A stretch of DNA of 64,000 bases, taken from positions 14,840 to 78,839 of the forward strand of contig LJUY01000010.1 of the NCBI GenBank assembly GCA_001304015.1, given 5' to 3'. Below the pieces are notes generated by a model, which ran no database searches, was not told the DNA's origin, and saw nothing but the letters and a program-made list of their open reading frames with translations. How positions within the stretch are numbered: the stretch's first letter is position 1; every line of letters starts with the position of its first letter. Positions 18,724-28,701 of this stretch are shown here, piece by piece. The stretch is from a candidate division Zixibacteria bacterium SM23_81. GTDB taxonomy: Bacteria > SM23-81. The position numbers were made by a program, and so were the translations under genes.

Positions 18724-19218
18724 CTACGGTCCCACGTGCATCATGGGCCACTGTGAATCGTAATCCTCGAATTTTTTGGCATTATCCCTCTCAATCTCAA
18801 GGATCTTGTAGTGTCCCAGCTCCATGGACGCGATGTATAGAAGCATTTTTTTGACATCTGGTTGCTGATCGTATCTATCTGCTAACCTATTGTAAAAATC
18901 ATGAGCGGCTAGCTCCGCCTCCATGGCGCTCTCCAGAATTTCACTGAGAGGCATATTCTCTGCATCTATCTGAATCTGAGGCAGGGGAACAGGGCTCTCC
19001 TGCGGTAATGTCATCTCCTTATGGGGGAAGCTCTTTTTATAAAGCCGCTCAAAAAACCTTCTATGCTTTTCTTCCTCTCCTGCCAGGAAGTTCAACCTTT
19101 CCTTCAAAATGAAGTTCTCCACACCCTCGGCTAATTGCGAGTAGGCCACTTTAGCCTCAATCTCGCTCTTCAACGCCGTCAGCATCAGATCCTCAACGCT
19201 GTAATTGCTTAATTCCAT
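18724..19218 (-). CDS. Erythrin-like (rubrerythrin-family, no rubredoxin domain) diiron protein
   Basis: 164 aa with four-helix diiron ligands E / ExxH / E / ExxH (EIEAKVAY, EEEKH, MEAELAAH, MELGH). Confidence 0.7.
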   Translation of the reverse strand: MELSNYSVEDLMLTALKSEIEAKVAYSQLAEGVENFILKERLNFLAGEEEKHRRFFERLYKKSFPHKEMTLPQESPVPLPQIQIDAENMPLSEILESAMEAELAAHDFYNRLADRYDQQPDVKKMLLYIASMELGHYKILEIERDNAKKFEDYDSQWPMMHVGP

Positions 19219-19261
19219 GGCCCCCTCCTTTCAGTCCTGTTCGCTGGGCTTGGCTACCCCC

Positions 19262-20038
19262 TCAGCTTGTGGCCGTTGCCGCTTGGCTTCGCTCCAATAT
19301 CTCACCTCGGATGCCGACCTTGGTCAGGACCAGAGGAATCTCCTTTCCAGAATCTCGCAGGGCCGCTTGTACCAGCTGTACCAAGCCAAAACAGCAGGGC
19401 ACCTCCATATGGGCCACTTCCACCATTCGAATGTCATTCTGGCGGAATATCTCCGAGAGCTTCCGGCGATAGGCCTCCATATCATCCAGCTTGGGACATC
19501 CCACTACCAGCGCACGACCTTTCAAGAACTTACGATGGAAATCTCCATAGGCGAAGGGAACGCAATCGGCGGCGATGAGCAAGTCGGCGTCCTGAAAATA
19601 AGGAGCATTCACCGGGACCAAATGAAGCTGTACCGGCCATTGGCCCAGTTGTGTAGCTATCGCTCCGGTTTCTTCTGCGGCCGCAGACGGGGATGTTCCC
19701 TGGCGCTGGAGCACCTGAGACGCGGAACCCGGACAGGTGAAGTCACATGCTGGAGTCTTCGATTTAGGCTCCCAATCTGGAGTGGTCTTCTCCTCAAGGA
19801 AAGACTCGAGATGCTTCTCGACGGCCCCCTCGTCAAAGGCATCTGCCTCCCTCGTCTCGATTGTCAAAGCACCTTGCGGACATTCCCCCAGGCAAGCACC
19901 CAAGCCATCACAGTAAACTTCGCCCACCAGCTTGGCCTTGCCGTCGATGACCTGGATAGCTCCCTCAGCGCAGGCTGGAACGCACAGTCCACAGCCATCA
20001 CACCTCTCCTCGTCGATCTTGATAATCTCTCTACGCAT
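19262..20038 (-). CDS. 2x[4Fe-4S] ferredoxin-domain protein with a Cys-containing C-terminal domain
   Basis: Cluster motifs CDGCGLCVPAC and CDGLGACLGECP are present. The C-terminal part contains GCPKLDD and EVPCCFG. The start was moved to ATG 20038 (AGGAGG 6 nt upstream); it overlaps the Rrf2 stop. Confidence 0.7.
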   Translation of the reverse strand: MRREIIKIDEERCDGCGLCVPACAEGAIQVIDGKAKLVGEVYCDGLGACLGECPQGALTIETREADAFDEGAVEKHLESFLEEKTTPDWEPKSKTPACDFTCPGSASQVLQRQGTSPSAAAEETGAIATQLGQWPVQLHLVPVNAPYFQDADLLIAADCVPFAYGDFHRKFLKGRALVVGCPKLDDMEAYRRKLSEIFRQNDIRMVEVAHMEVPCCFGLVQLVQAALRDSGKEIPLVLTKVGIRGEILERSQAATATS

Positions 20039-20462
20039 CAACATCCTCCTGACCATAAACGTCAGTTAACTCAGACAACTTCATTCCCTCTAAATAGGCT
20101 CGATACCGGTTGTTCGTGGTCAACAAAAGATCGCCGAAAATGCATTGCGCGCCGCTACATATAGGAGTTTCAAAAAGACACCTGTTAGATGTAAGGGGGC
20201 CGTCAATGGCTTCATATACCTCCAAAAGGGTAATTTCATCGCCCTTTTTTCCTAGCGCAAAACCCCCTTTCGGTCCTCGGCTTGACCTGACCAGACCCAC
20301 TCTAGCAAGTCGCTGCAGTACCTTTGACAGGTGAGCCTCGGAAACGTGAAGAGCGGAGGCAATCCCCCTTACCGAGAAAATCGTTTCCGGCTTTGAGGCC
20401 AACAAAGCCATTGAATGCAGCGCCAGCGAGGCTGCCTCAGAAATGTGCATCACTTTCGGCAT
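20031..20462 (-). CDS. Rrf2-family transcriptional regulator with three clustered Cys
   Basis: 143 aa. The N-terminal wHTH is typical of Rrf2 (ISEAASLALHSMALLA...IASALHVSEAHLSKVLQRL). The C-x6-C-x4-C cluster (CLFETPICSGAQC) suggests an Fe-S sensor. Confidence 0.8.
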   Translation of the reverse strand: MPKVMHISEAASLALHSMALLASKPETIFSVRGIASALHVSEAHLSKVLQRLARVGLVRSSRGPKGGFALGKKGDEITLLEVYEAIDGPLTSNRCLFETPICSGAQCIFGDLLLTTNNRYRAYLEGMKLSELTDVYGQEDVDA

Positions 20463-20478
20463 TCCCCATCCCTCAAAA

Positions 20479-20524
20479 ATTGGTATTCAAGTACCAATAT
20501 ACCAGAATATTTCCCAGATGTCAA
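20479..20524 (-). promoter_or_regulatory. sigma70 promoter with overlapping inverted-repeat operator (Rrf2 autoregulation candidate)
   Basis: Minus strand reads TTGACA (20519-20524), a 17-nt spacer, then TATATT (20496-20501). An inverted repeat ATTGGTA-N6-TACCAAT (20479-20498) begins inside the -10. Confidence 0.6.
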
Positions 20525-20646
20525 GAGAAAATTTCGTTCCTCACGAAAAAATTGACAAACCTCATATGTTTAAAGAGGTTTGATCTTTAAAAAGTATTTT
20601 CCTTCCCATACGACTGCTTGAGAAGGAACGCGCCAGCGCGGTTTGG

Positions 20647-20682
20647 TAAAAAAAAGCCCCGACCGTTATTCCAGTCAGGGCT
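20647..20682 (-). terminator. Rho-independent terminator after the dfx...hrb operon
   Basis: Minus strand: AGCCCUGAC / GUCGGGGCU form a 9-bp stem (one G-U pair), followed by eight or nine T. Confidence 0.6.
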
Positions 20683-20707
20683 AGTGCATACTGTTGAGCG
20701 ATGATGA

Positions 20708-21481
20708 TTAGCTTTCGGGCGAAAATTGATCCTTGCCGGCTCCACAGACCGGACACACCCATTCGTCCGGCAGAGCATCGAACTCGGTCCCCGGGGCGAT
20801 GTCGCCGTCCGGATCTCCCTGGGCGGGATCGTAGACATAGCCGCACACTTCGCAGATATACTTCTGCATCCCTTCCCTCCTCTTCTCTGGTTTCAGTTCC
20901 TTTTTTTCGATGTGACCTCTGTAAGTTGGGGCATTCTTCGAGGCCTTGCCCTTCTTCACCTCATGGTAATGGGCGTACGTCAGGGGCTTTCCCTTACGCA
21001 GCCTCTCAGCACGTACCACCTGACCCACAAATATGGTGTGTGTGCCCGCATCGCACTGATCGATGACCTTGGCTTCGAACACCGAGATGACGGAATCGGT
21101 GACCAGAGGACAGCCGGTGATGCCCTTCTTGTACTTGCACATGGCCAGTTTATCGACATCCCGACCCGACTTGAAGCCGAACAGCCCAATCAACTTCATG
21201 GGTGTAGATTCATCCAGAACCGAGACGCCGAACTGGCCACTTTTGACGATGTACTCGTGGGTCAGATTGTTCTTGGAAATGGCCACTGCAACCCGGGGAG
21301 GCTCCGCTGTAACCTGCATGCATGCATTGGCTATCTGGCCATTTAACCTTTCCCCGTCGTGGGATGAGACGATGTAGAGGCCATAGCTCCAATCGAAGAG
21401 CGCCGTGAGATCCACTTGGCCCGTTGCGATGATCACCCTCCTTGTTATAAGATCCCCTTCATAGGACATTGACTTCGTCAA
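20708..21481 (-). CDS. hrb: High-molecular-weight rubredoxin (flavin-reductase domain + rubredoxin domain)
   Basis: 257 aa. The N-terminal part is a flavin-reductase-like domain. The C-terminal part is a rubredoxin ([13 protein letters not shown]...[13 protein letters not shown]). It overlaps fprA by 4 nt. Confidence 0.8.
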   Translation of the reverse strand: MTKSMSYEGDLITRRVIIATGQVDLTALFDWSYGLYIVSSHDGERLNGQIANACMQVTAEPPRVAVAISKNNLTHEYIVKSGQFGVSVLDESTPMKLIGLFGFKSGRDVDKLAMCKYKKGITGCPLVTDSVISVFEAKVIDQCDAGTHTIFVGQVVRAERLRKGKPLTYAHYHEVKKGKASKNAPTYRGHIEKKELKPEKRREGMQKYICEVCGYVYDPAQGDPDGDIAPGTEFDALPDEWVCPVCGAGKDQFSPES

Positions 21482-22683
21482 GAAGACACTTTGCCCAGCT
21501 TTTCAGCCACCCTGGATCCCAGGGAAAAGCATTCGGCCAGGACAGACTCATCTGGCACGTACTTGACTTTCAAGCCATCGCCTATTAGATCGATCTTCAT
21601 CTCAGCCAGCACTTCCATCACTTGTCCCACTGCCTCTCCACTCCAGCCGTATGAGCCGAAGGCCGTGCCCATGAGATTTTTGGGCTTCAATCCCTTTAGA
21701 TAAGCCAGAGTGCCAGCCACCGTGGGAAACATGTTGTTGTTGATGGTCGGAGATCCCACCAGAAGAGCGCCCGCATCCAGAACCTCGGTGACCACCTCGC
21801 TGCGATGGCATGATTCCAGGGGCATCAATTTCGTCATCGTCCCGCCAGCCCTCAGCCCCTCGGCGATGGTTCTGGCCATCAATGCGGTGCTCTGCCACAT
21901 GGTGTCGTATACCACCACGGCCTTATTGGTCGGTCTCTGAGCAGCCCAGGTGGCATACAGCTTTGGCATCCTGCTCACTTCTTTCCGCCAGATGGGCCCG
22001 TGGTCCGGGGCTATGGTCTCGATGGTGATGCCCAGTCCCTTCACCCTTTCCAGAAGCTTGGAGACGAGTGCAGAAAACGGCAACAGAATGTTGGCATAAT
22101 ACTTGGCCGCCTCATAGTTCAGAATCCAATCCTCAATCTGGTCGGCGAACCGCTCGCTGGAGGCCAGATGCATTCCAAATGCGTCCTGGGAGAAGAGCAA
22201 TTTATCCTCGGCCAGGTAGGTGACCATGCTGTCGGGCCAGTGAAGCATGCGAGTCTCCAAGAAGGTGAGGTTGAGGTTCCCAAGGCTGAGGCTTTCCCCG
22301 TCCTTGACCTCGGAGATCTCCCGGTCCAGGTGAAAATGTTCCTGCAAAGCCTTAGTTCCCATGACAGAGGCGAATACCTTCTCGGGCTTCACCGCCTGAA
22401 TCGCCTGGGGCAGGCATCCAGAGTGGTCCATCTCGGAATGGTTGGAGATGATGTAGTCGATCTTACGGGGATCGATGACCGAGGCTATCCGGACCAACAT
22501 CTCCTCTAGGAAAGGAGCTTTGACCGTGTCCACCAGGGTAACCTTATCCGCAAGAATCAGGTAAGCATTGTAAGTCGATCCCCGATCCGTGGCATAGCCG
22601 TGAAAATTTCGAATGCTCCAGTCGATGGCTCCCACCCAGTAGACGCGGTCGTTCACCTGCGTCGCTTGGAAATATGTTTTCAT
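21478..22683 (-). CDS. fprA: Flavodiiron protein, copy 2
   Basis: 401 aa with the diiron motif [10 protein letters not shown] and a flavodoxin domain ([11 protein letters not shown]). Confidence 0.85.
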   Translation of the reverse strand: MKTYFQATQVNDRVYWVGAIDWSIRNFHGYATDRGSTYNAYLILADKVTLVDTVKAPFLEEMLVRIASVIDPRKIDYIISNHSEMDHSGCLPQAIQAVKPEKVFASVMGTKALQEHFHLDREISEVKDGESLSLGNLNLTFLETRMLHWPDSMVTYLAEDKLLFSQDAFGMHLASSERFADQIEDWILNYEAAKYYANILLPFSALVSKLLERVKGLGITIETIAPDHGPIWRKEVSRMPKLYATWAAQRPTNKAVVVYDTMWQSTALMARTIAEGLRAGGTMTKLMPLESCHRSEVVTEVLDAGALLVGSPTINNNMFPTVAGTLAYLKGLKPKNLMGTAFGSYGWSGEAVGQVMEVLAEMKIDLIGDGLKVKYVPDESVLAECFSLGSRVAEKLGKVSS

Positions 22684-22705
22684 ATGCCTTCCCCCGGGTG
22701 CTGAG

Positions 22706-23203
22706 CTATGGTTTCAGAGAGGTCAATTGGTTACTCAAAATGGTCACGTGTCTCATCTCCTCCTTGATCACGTCGTCGATCTTGTTCCTGCCCAACCTCT
22801 CCGGCACCATCTCCCGGATGCCCTGATAAAAGACGATGGAGTCCTTCTCCAACCCCAGGGCCGTTCGGTAAATCTCCTCCAGGGTCTCTTTTCCGGTGAG
22901 CTTTTCGCTGGGATCCGTCTTCACGTCGAAGACATGTCCATCGGCCATGGCTCGCAAGTACATGGCGGCTTGACCCTCGGGATCGAACATCTCCCAGCCA
23001 CGATCCTTATCCGGCAGATTGGCTCTCATGTTCGAGAAAATCTTGAGGTGCTGGTCTTCCCAGGAAGCCAGATTGAGCAGTGTATCGCGTGTCCCAGAAC
23101 CTTCAAATCCCTCAGCTGCCTTGCGGTAGAACTTGGCGCCATTTCTCTCGATCTGTTCGGCCATCTCGAAGATCTCGTCAGCATTGAACTCGACACCCAT
23201 CAT
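22706..23203 (-). CDS. Erythrin-like diiron (rubrerythrin-family) protein
   Basis: 165 aa with E / ExxH / E / ExxH ligands ([30 protein letters not shown]). Confidence 0.7.
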   Translation of the reverse strand: MMGVEFNADEIFEMAEQIERNGAKFYRKAAEGFEGSGTRDTLLNLASWEDQHLKIFSNMRANLPDKDRGWEMFDPEGQAAMYLRAMADGHVFDVKTDPSEKLTGKETLEEIYRTALGLEKDSIVFYQGIREMVPERLGRNKIDDVIKEEMRHVTILSNQLTSLKP

Positions 23204-23721
23204 TCGCCTCCTTCCTCTGCCGCAGGTGGAGTGAACACACGCTGACCCAGCTCCCGATCAATCATAAACATCCCTCCCCCTTCCTTGCCCACCATCTTGA
23301 GTTTCTGCACGACATCATCAGCGGAGGCCTCTTCCTCCACCTGCTCGGAGACGAACCACTGGAGGAAATTCTGGGTAGCGTGGTCTCGCTCTGTGATGGC
23401 CAAATCCACCAGGCTGTTGATCATGCCAGTGACCTTCTGCTCGTGTTTGTAGACGGTTTGGAAGGCGGCCAAGGGCGAAGACCAATTGGTGGCCGGTTTC
23501 TCTATGGCGCTTACCAGGATCCTGCCACCGCGCTCGTTGACGAAATCGAAAATCTTCATGGCGTGGGTTGATTCTTCCATGGCCTGCACGCGCATCCAGT
23601 TGGCGAAACCTCCAAAACTGATCGAATGAAAGTAAGCGGACATTGACAGATAGAGATATGCGGAATACAGCTCCGCCACGATCTGCTTATTGAGTGCTGT
23701 TTGCATCTTCTTGCTCAGCAT
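23200..23721 (-). CDS. ftn: Non-haem ferritin
   Basis: 173 aa. [22 protein letters not shown]...[19 protein letters not shown] is typical bacterial Ftn. Confidence 0.85.
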   Translation of the reverse strand: MLSKKMQTALNKQIVAELYSAYLYLSMSAYFHSISFGGFANWMRVQAMEESTHAMKIFDFVNERGGRILVSAIEKPATNWSSPLAAFQTVYKHEQKVTGMINSLVDLAITERDHATQNFLQWFVSEQVEEEASADDVVQKLKMVGKEGGGMFMIDRELGQRVFTPPAAEEGGE

Positions 23722-23725
23722 GGCA

Positions 23726-24100
23726 TTATCCTTTCCATAAACCGTGAAGATTGCAGTACTCCCGGGCCGTTACCTGATCTGCCTCGATGCAGAAGGTGGC
23801 CTCGGGCACTCCCCCTGGCTTTAAAAACTGACGGTAGGTCTGGCCATCGGCGATGACCTGGATCCACTCGATGTAGTGCTGCGCCTCCATGGGATGAGCC
23901 ACACTCCCCACCTTGACCTTAAAGCCATCGGCGGTCTTCTCCACCACGGGCACGTGCTTCTCCTTGGCCGCGTCCACCGTGTTCTCGACATAGAGCTTCA
24001 TGGGCTTTCCGCAGCAGATCATCTGCCCGGCGCCGCCGTGGAGCATCTCCACGATATTGCCGCAGGTTTCGCATTTATAGACTTGCATTTTCTCAGTCAT
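23726..24100 (-). CDS. dfx: Desulfoferrodoxin (2Fe superoxide reductase)
   Basis: 124 aa. The N-terminal desulforedoxin domain reads CETCGN...CCGKPM. The SOR centre II ligands are EKHVPV, HPMEAQH and CNLHGLW. Confidence 0.9.
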   Translation of the reverse strand: MTEKMQVYKCETCGNIVEMLHGGAGQMICCGKPMKLYVENTVDAAKEKHVPVVEKTADGFKVKVGSVAHPMEAQHYIEWIQVIADGQTYRQFLKPGGVPEATFCIEADQVTAREYCNLHGLWKG

Positions 24101-24436
24101 TTTTCTCCTCCTCTTGGACTATCTTATGACACAGCCACTAGTTTAAATATGCTGATATTTCAGTCTTCCTAATGAGGCTAAATTTAGATGCAAAATTACC
24201 TTTCTCGGTTCAAGACGACAATTCCTTATAAAAGCCACGTCGATGGCTCTCACCTTTGAATTCCAACCTGCTTCAACCAGCTACACGCTCATTCTGGCCA
24301 CCTCCTTTTGAGAGTTCCTGGCGATAGTAACGGATACTAAACCTCTCTCTTAATCCCTACGGCTGCTGCCTTCCAACAGCCCTATACCCTGTCATTCCAA
24401 ATCCAATGGAAGGGATATGCTCTTCGTAGGACAGGC

Positions 24437-25957
24437 TTATTTCTCAGTGGCCTTTATTCGATCCTCCTGGGTCATCTCGGCCAAACCCTGAACCTCTTTG
24501 ACGTCCAACCCGATCCCTGTAGCCACGCGACGACCGTAGTCCTCATCGGCTTTGCCAAACAGCGCTGTCTGGCGCAGCTGAATGTACTTCTGGGCATTGC
24601 CCAGGTGACCCACGATGTTGCCGATCAGGTGGTCGCGATCCTCATCGGTCATCACCTTCCGATAGAGATCTCCGGCCTGTACGAAATCGTCATCGGTCAG
24701 GGCCTCTGGATGGCGAGCAGCCATTCCTGAGACCTCGAATGGCGGTTCGGCCACGTTGGGGTCTGGCACAGGACCACCGAAGCTATTGGGATTGTAATTC
24801 GGGCCACCTCCGCTGTTGCCATCAACGCGCATGAAACCATCTCGCTGGTAATTGTTCATGGCTGAGGCCTTGGGTGCGTTGATGGGCAACAGATGATAGT
24901 TGGGTCCCAGGCGATACCGGTGAGCATCGTGGTAGGCGAAGATGCGCCCCTGAAGCATCTTGTCCGGCGATGCAGCCATGCCGGGGACGAAGTTGCCCGG
25001 AGAGAAAGCAGCCTGTTCCACCTCGGCGAAGTAGTTTTCCGGATTGCGGTTTAAGACCATGCGTCCCAATGGCATCACAGGAAAATCGCCGTGGGGCAAA
25101 ACCTTGGTGACATCGAACGGGTTGAAGCGATATGTCTTGGCCTGTTCGGGTGTCATGATCTGTACCTGCACATTCCAAGCGGGGCCATCGCCTCGCTCGA
25201 TGGCATCGAACAGATCCCCGGTGGCATGGTCGGGATCCTTGCCGGCCATGAGTTCTGCTTCCTGGTTGGTAAAGTTCTGGATGCCCTGGGCTGTCTTGAA
25301 ATGAAACTTCACCCAGACATACTCTTCTTTGTCGTTGTACCACATCAGGGCATGCCCGCTATAGCCGTTCATGTGGCGGTAGCTCTTGGGTGTGCCCCGA
25401 TCGGAGAAGAGAATGGTGACCTGGTGTATGGACTCCGGGGTCAGGGAGAGGAAATCCCAGAACATGTCAGGATCTTTCGCGTTTGTGCGGGGATTCCGCT
25501 TCTGGGTGTGGATGAAGTCGGGGAACTTAATCGGGTCCCGAATGAAGAAGACCGGCGTGTTGTTACCCACCATATCCCAGTTGCCCTCCTCGGTGTAGAA
25601 CTTCACCGCGAATCCCCGGGGATCGCGCGCCGAGTCGGCCGAACCCTTTTCGCCACCGACGGTGGAGAATCGAGCGAAGACCTCAGTTCGCTTGCCCACC
25701 TTTGACAGAAATTTGGCCTTGGTGTACTTGGTCAAGTCGTGAGTGACCTCGAAATACCCGTGAGCACCCGCTCCCTTGGCGTGCACCACGCGCTCCGGGA
25801 TGCGCTCCCGGTTGAAGTGAGCCAGTTTTTCGAAGAAATGGATGTTCTGGATCAAAACAGGTCCAGGGGAACCAGCGGTCATGAGTTTCTGGTCGTTATC
25901 CACCGGTTGACCGAAGTTTCTGGTGAGGGTCTTTTTCCCCTTTGCCATCTGAAACAC
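24437..25957 (-). CDS. katA: Monofunctional haem catalase
   Basis: 506 aa with the diagnostic [45 protein letters not shown] and the proximal-Tyr region [14 protein letters not shown]. Confidence 0.95.
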   Translation of the reverse strand: MFQMAKGKKTLTRNFGQPVDNDQKLMTAGSPGPVLIQNIHFFEKLAHFNRERIPERVVHAKGAGAHGYFEVTHDLTKYTKAKFLSKVGKRTEVFARFSTVGGEKGSADSARDPRGFAVKFYTEEGNWDMVGNNTPVFFIRDPIKFPDFIHTQKRNPRTNAKDPDMFWDFLSLTPESIHQVTILFSDRGTPKSYRHMNGYSGHALMWYNDKEEYVWVKFHFKTAQGIQNFTNQEAELMAGKDPDHATGDLFDAIERGDGPAWNVQVQIMTPEQAKTYRFNPFDVTKVLPHGDFPVMPLGRMVLNRNPENYFAEVEQAAFSPGNFVPGMAASPDKMLQGRIFAYHDAHRYRLGPNYHLLPINAPKASAMNNYQRDGFMRVDGNSGGGPNYNPNSFGGPVPDPNVAEPPFEVSGMAARHPEALTDDDFVQAGDLYRKVMTDEDRDHLIGNIVGHLGNAQKYIQLRQTALFGKADEDYGRRVATGIGLDVKEVQGLAEMTQEDRIKATEK

Positions 25958-26062
25958 CTCCCTCTACTTAGAACTAGAATGGAGACCTTTGGCCAGGCGC
26001 CATTTTAGCTATTTGTTCCCCGATCCCAATGAATTTCTCTTCATTCACAAGAGAGTTTTCCC

Positions 26063-26635
26063 CTACCAGTTCTCACACAGCAGCTCGAAGTGAGCCTGAG
26101 GATGGGCACAGGCTGGACACAGCTCCGGGGCCTCTGAGTCCTCATGTAGATAGCCACAGTTGAGGCAGCGCCAGACAACCGGCTTGTCCTTCTTGAACAC
26201 CGTCTCCTGTTCCACGTTGGCCAACAGTCCCAGGTAGCGTTTCTCGTGCTGTTTTTCCGCCACGGCTATGGCCCGGAATATGGCGGCTATTTCGTCGAAA
26301 CCCTCCTCCTCCGCCACTTTTGCGAAGCCGGGATACATATCCGTCCACTCGTAGTTTTCCCCGGCTGCGGCCTCCTTCAGATTCTCCGCGGTGGTGCCGA
26401 TGACACCTGCCGGAAAGGAGGCCTGAATTTCAGCCGTTCCGCCCTGAAGCTGCTTGAAGAGCCTCTTAGCATGCTCTCGCTCCTGATTGGACGTCTCCTC
26501 GAAGATGTCGGCGATCTGCCGATATCCCTCCTTTCTAGCTTGGCTAGAGAAATAGCTATAACGGTTCCTGGCCTGTGACTCGCCGGCAAAGGCGGTCAAC
26601 AGGTTTTTCTCGGTTTTGGATCCCTTCAGAGCCAT
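26063..26635 (-). CDS. rbr: Rubrerythrin
   Basis: The diiron ExxH motifs are EREHAKRL and EKQHEKRY. The C-terminal rubredoxin-like site is CLNCGY...CPACAHP. I start it at ATG 26635 ([13 protein letters not shown]), which has AGGAGGAG upstream. That start is 1 nt after the upstream stop, so the longer track ORF to 26674 is rejected. Confidence 0.9.
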   Translation of the reverse strand: MALKGSKTEKNLLTAFAGESQARNRYSYFSSQARKEGYRQIADIFEETSNQEREHAKRLFKQLQGGTAEIQASFPAGVIGTTAENLKEAAAGENYEWTDMYPGFAKVAEEEGFDEIAAIFRAIAVAEKQHEKRYLGLLANVEQETVFKKDKPVVWRCLNCGYLHEDSEAPELCPACAHPQAHFELLCENW

Positions 26636-26636
26636 G

Positions 26637-27938
26637 TTACTCCTCCTTTTTTGAGGTGCTTTGTTGTTCTTCATCTACTTTCTCGACCCTATAGCCGATG
26701 TTCTCAACACCTCTCCGAAGCGCGGGGATGTCGAGATTCTTCCCTTCGACACGGGCTTTACCTTCCTTAAGGTCCACCACCACAGATTGAACGCCGGGCC
26801 CCTTGCTGAGCACACGATGCACGCTTTGCACGCAGTGGTGGCAAGTCATTCCCGAAATCGAAAGAGTCACCATGGGACCCTCCCTGCTAGATGACGTGAT
26901 CTGCGCCGGCCCGCGAACGGAGAACCAGATGGCAGGCCCCAACACGGCAAGCAAGATGAAAGCGCAGATAGTTTTGACGAAAGCCGGTATCATCCCAGGC
27001 ATGCTGGGCGCAGCCGAACCACCTCGGGCGGTGAATATGTAATCCAGAAACAGGCCCGCCGCCAAAGCAGTGATGGCGACGGTGGTTAAATAGATAACGG
27101 CGGTCCTGCGGCCCATAATCTTCCAGGTAGTGGTGATGGCGGCGGCATTTGTGGCTGGCCCGGTCATGAGGAACACCAAGGCGGCGCCGGGGGACACACC
27201 CTTGGCGATGAGAGCCGCTGCCACTGGCACCGAGGCCGTTGCGCACACGTAAACGGGTATGCCCAAGAGCATCATGACCAGCATAGCCCCTATGCCAGCC
27301 CCAAGCACCCCAGAAAGGTAGTCATCAGGGATGATGGCGGATATGAAACCCGCTATGACCAGTCCGATCAACAAAGCCTTGCCGATGTCCCGAGGGAGTG
27401 TCACAAAGCCATAACGAAGAAGCCGAATCACTCTGCCGCTCCGGTTCACATTCGTGCAGCATTCGTCCTCACAGCTGGGCACACCGTTCCCCCCTTTCTC
27501 AGCCTCAGCCGGCTGAAAAAGGGTCACCAAGGAACCGCCCACGAGCCCTGTGAAAAAGGCAGCCAGGGGCCGGAAAACGGCGAAGACGGGCCCGAGCAGA
27601 CTGAAGGTTACCATAATGCTGTCCACGCCCGTCTGGGGGGCCGAGAGAAGAAATGACGTTGTCGCACCCCGTGAGGCCCGATGTCTGTGCAGAGATGCCG
27701 CCACTGGTATCACACTGCAGGAACAGAGGGGCAAAGGTATGCCGAAGATGGTGGCCTTCACCACCGGCCATATGCCCCGCCCCCCCAGATGTCGTTCCAC
27801 CATCTCTGCCGAGAGGAGCACCGAAAGTGTTCCCGCGAAGAGAAAGCCAAACAACAGATATGGAGCCATCTCGCTGAGCACAAACCAGAATTCTGTGGCA
27901 ACATTTATCAAAAGTTCTAACATGTCACGTTCCGTCAC
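26637..27938 (-). CDS. Two-repeat permease (SO_0444/ArsP-like) fused to a C-terminal HMA metal-binding domain
   Basis: 433 aa polytopic protein with LCSCSVIP and VCATASVP half-motifs and a CEDECC loop. The C-terminal [19 protein letters not shown]...VVVDL is a classic heavy-metal-associated domain. Confidence 0.7.
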   Translation of the reverse strand: MTERDMLELLINVATEFWFVLSEMAPYLLFGFLFAGTLSVLLSAEMVERHLGGRGIWPVVKATIFGIPLPLCSCSVIPVAASLHRHRASRGATTSFLLSAPQTGVDSIMVTFSLLGPVFAVFRPLAAFFTGLVGGSLVTLFQPAEAEKGGNGVPSCEDECCTNVNRSGRVIRLLRYGFVTLPRDIGKALLIGLVIAGFISAIIPDDYLSGVLGAGIGAMLVMMLLGIPVYVCATASVPVAAALIAKGVSPGAALVFLMTGPATNAAAITTTWKIMGRRTAVIYLTTVAITALAAGLFLDYIFTARGGSAAPSMPGMIPAFVKTICAFILLAVLGPAIWFSVRGPAQITSSSREGPMVTLSISGMTCHHCVQSVHRVLSKGPGVQSVVVDLKEGKARVEGKNLDIPALRRGVENIGYRVEKVDEEQQSTSKKEE

Positions 27939-28038
27939 AAACTCTATTGAAAGCCGGGATTCAATTAAGCTCTGAATGGAAGCACAGATTGCAGTTGAAA
28001 ATACTTACCTCGCCGGCAAATGAAACTCTTCAGAGGCA

Positions 28039-28467
28039 TCACGCGGCTTCGTCTCCACCCTCCTCATCCTGACACCGGGGACAGACGCCGATGAATTCCA
28101 GACAGTGACCGACAATCTTATATCCAGTCTGCGCGCTGAGGATCTCTTCAGATAGATTCAGAGGGTCCAAAGGCAGATCATCCACACGATCACAACGCAG
28201 ACAACGGATATGATAATGCTCATCCCTGCAATCGTCGAACCGCATCTGAGCGCCGCCCAATTGTACTTTTCTGATCACTCCAGATGAAGTGAGTATTTCC
28301 AGATTGCGGTACACGGTGCCCAGACTGATGTGTGGCACCTTCCGCCGAACCATCTCGTAAACCTCATCGGCAGTGGGATGGCAATGGAGGTCATTCAATG
28401 CTTCCAGAATGGCCTTTCTCTGGCGGGACATCCGTAACTTCTTGTTCGAAAGCAAGTTATCCTCCAT
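28039..28467 (-). CDS. Fur-family regulator, PerR-like by context
   Basis: Carries the HTH HPTADEVYEMVRRKVPHISLGTVYRNLEIL, the pattern HYHIRCLRCDRVDD, and a CPRC structural Zn site. The start was set to ATG 28467 (MEDNLL...) because the longer track ORF would contain its own promoter. Confidence 0.75.
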   Translation of the reverse strand: MEDNLLSNKKLRMSRQRKAILEALNDLHCHPTADEVYEMVRRKVPHISLGTVYRNLEILTSSGVIRKVQLGGAQMRFDDCRDEHYHIRCLRCDRVDDLPLDPLNLSEEILSAQTGYKIVGHCLEFIGVCPRCQDEEGGDEAA

Positions 28468-28472
28468 TCTCA

Positions 28473-28518
28473 GAATAGTAATTATTCCTAATATACCTCC
28501 CGCTCTCTCATTTGTCAA
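28473..28518 (-). promoter_or_regulatory. sigma70 promoter plus 7-1-7 Fur-family box
   Basis: Minus strand reads TTGACA (28513-28518), a 17-nt spacer, then TATATT (28490-28495). Directly downstream is GAATAAT-T-ACTATTC (28473-28487), whose arms match 6 of 7 positions as an inverted repeat. Confidence 0.55.
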
Positions 28519-28701
28519 GTCTTTTTTTTAAAATTTTTTCATTCCGCTGATGAATGAAATGTTTTGGGAGGATTTAGGGAAGGCATTTCATGGAGGTTCT
28601 GATTCACCTGAGATGGGTTCAAAACCCTTGCAACGACTCCAGGAGCGAATTTTTCCCGCCGATATTCGCTTGGCTTCTCTTTATCTCGACTACCTATTTA
28701 T

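Noticed and set aside
9415-20164. Large plus-strand ORFs opposite pulA, the phosphoesterase, cysK, fprA, nifS-like and the ferredoxin gene. These are 9415..10050, 10114..11034, 11098..11670, 12391..13038, 15310..15924, 17169..17718 and 19205..20164.
   Set aside because: All lie antisense to genes with unambiguous family motifs. Their translations are low-complexity and Arg/Gly/His-rich with no motifs, which is typical of antisense shadows in G+C-rich coding DNA.
24281-24310. Perfect SD (AAGGAGGTG) followed by ATG-AGC-GTG-TAG in the 336-bp dfx/katA gap.
   Set aside because: It has only three sense codons before the stop. The 46 codons after the TAG show no recognisable family (not rubredoxin-like). 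It may be the stump of a decayed gene, but it cannot be supported as a feature.
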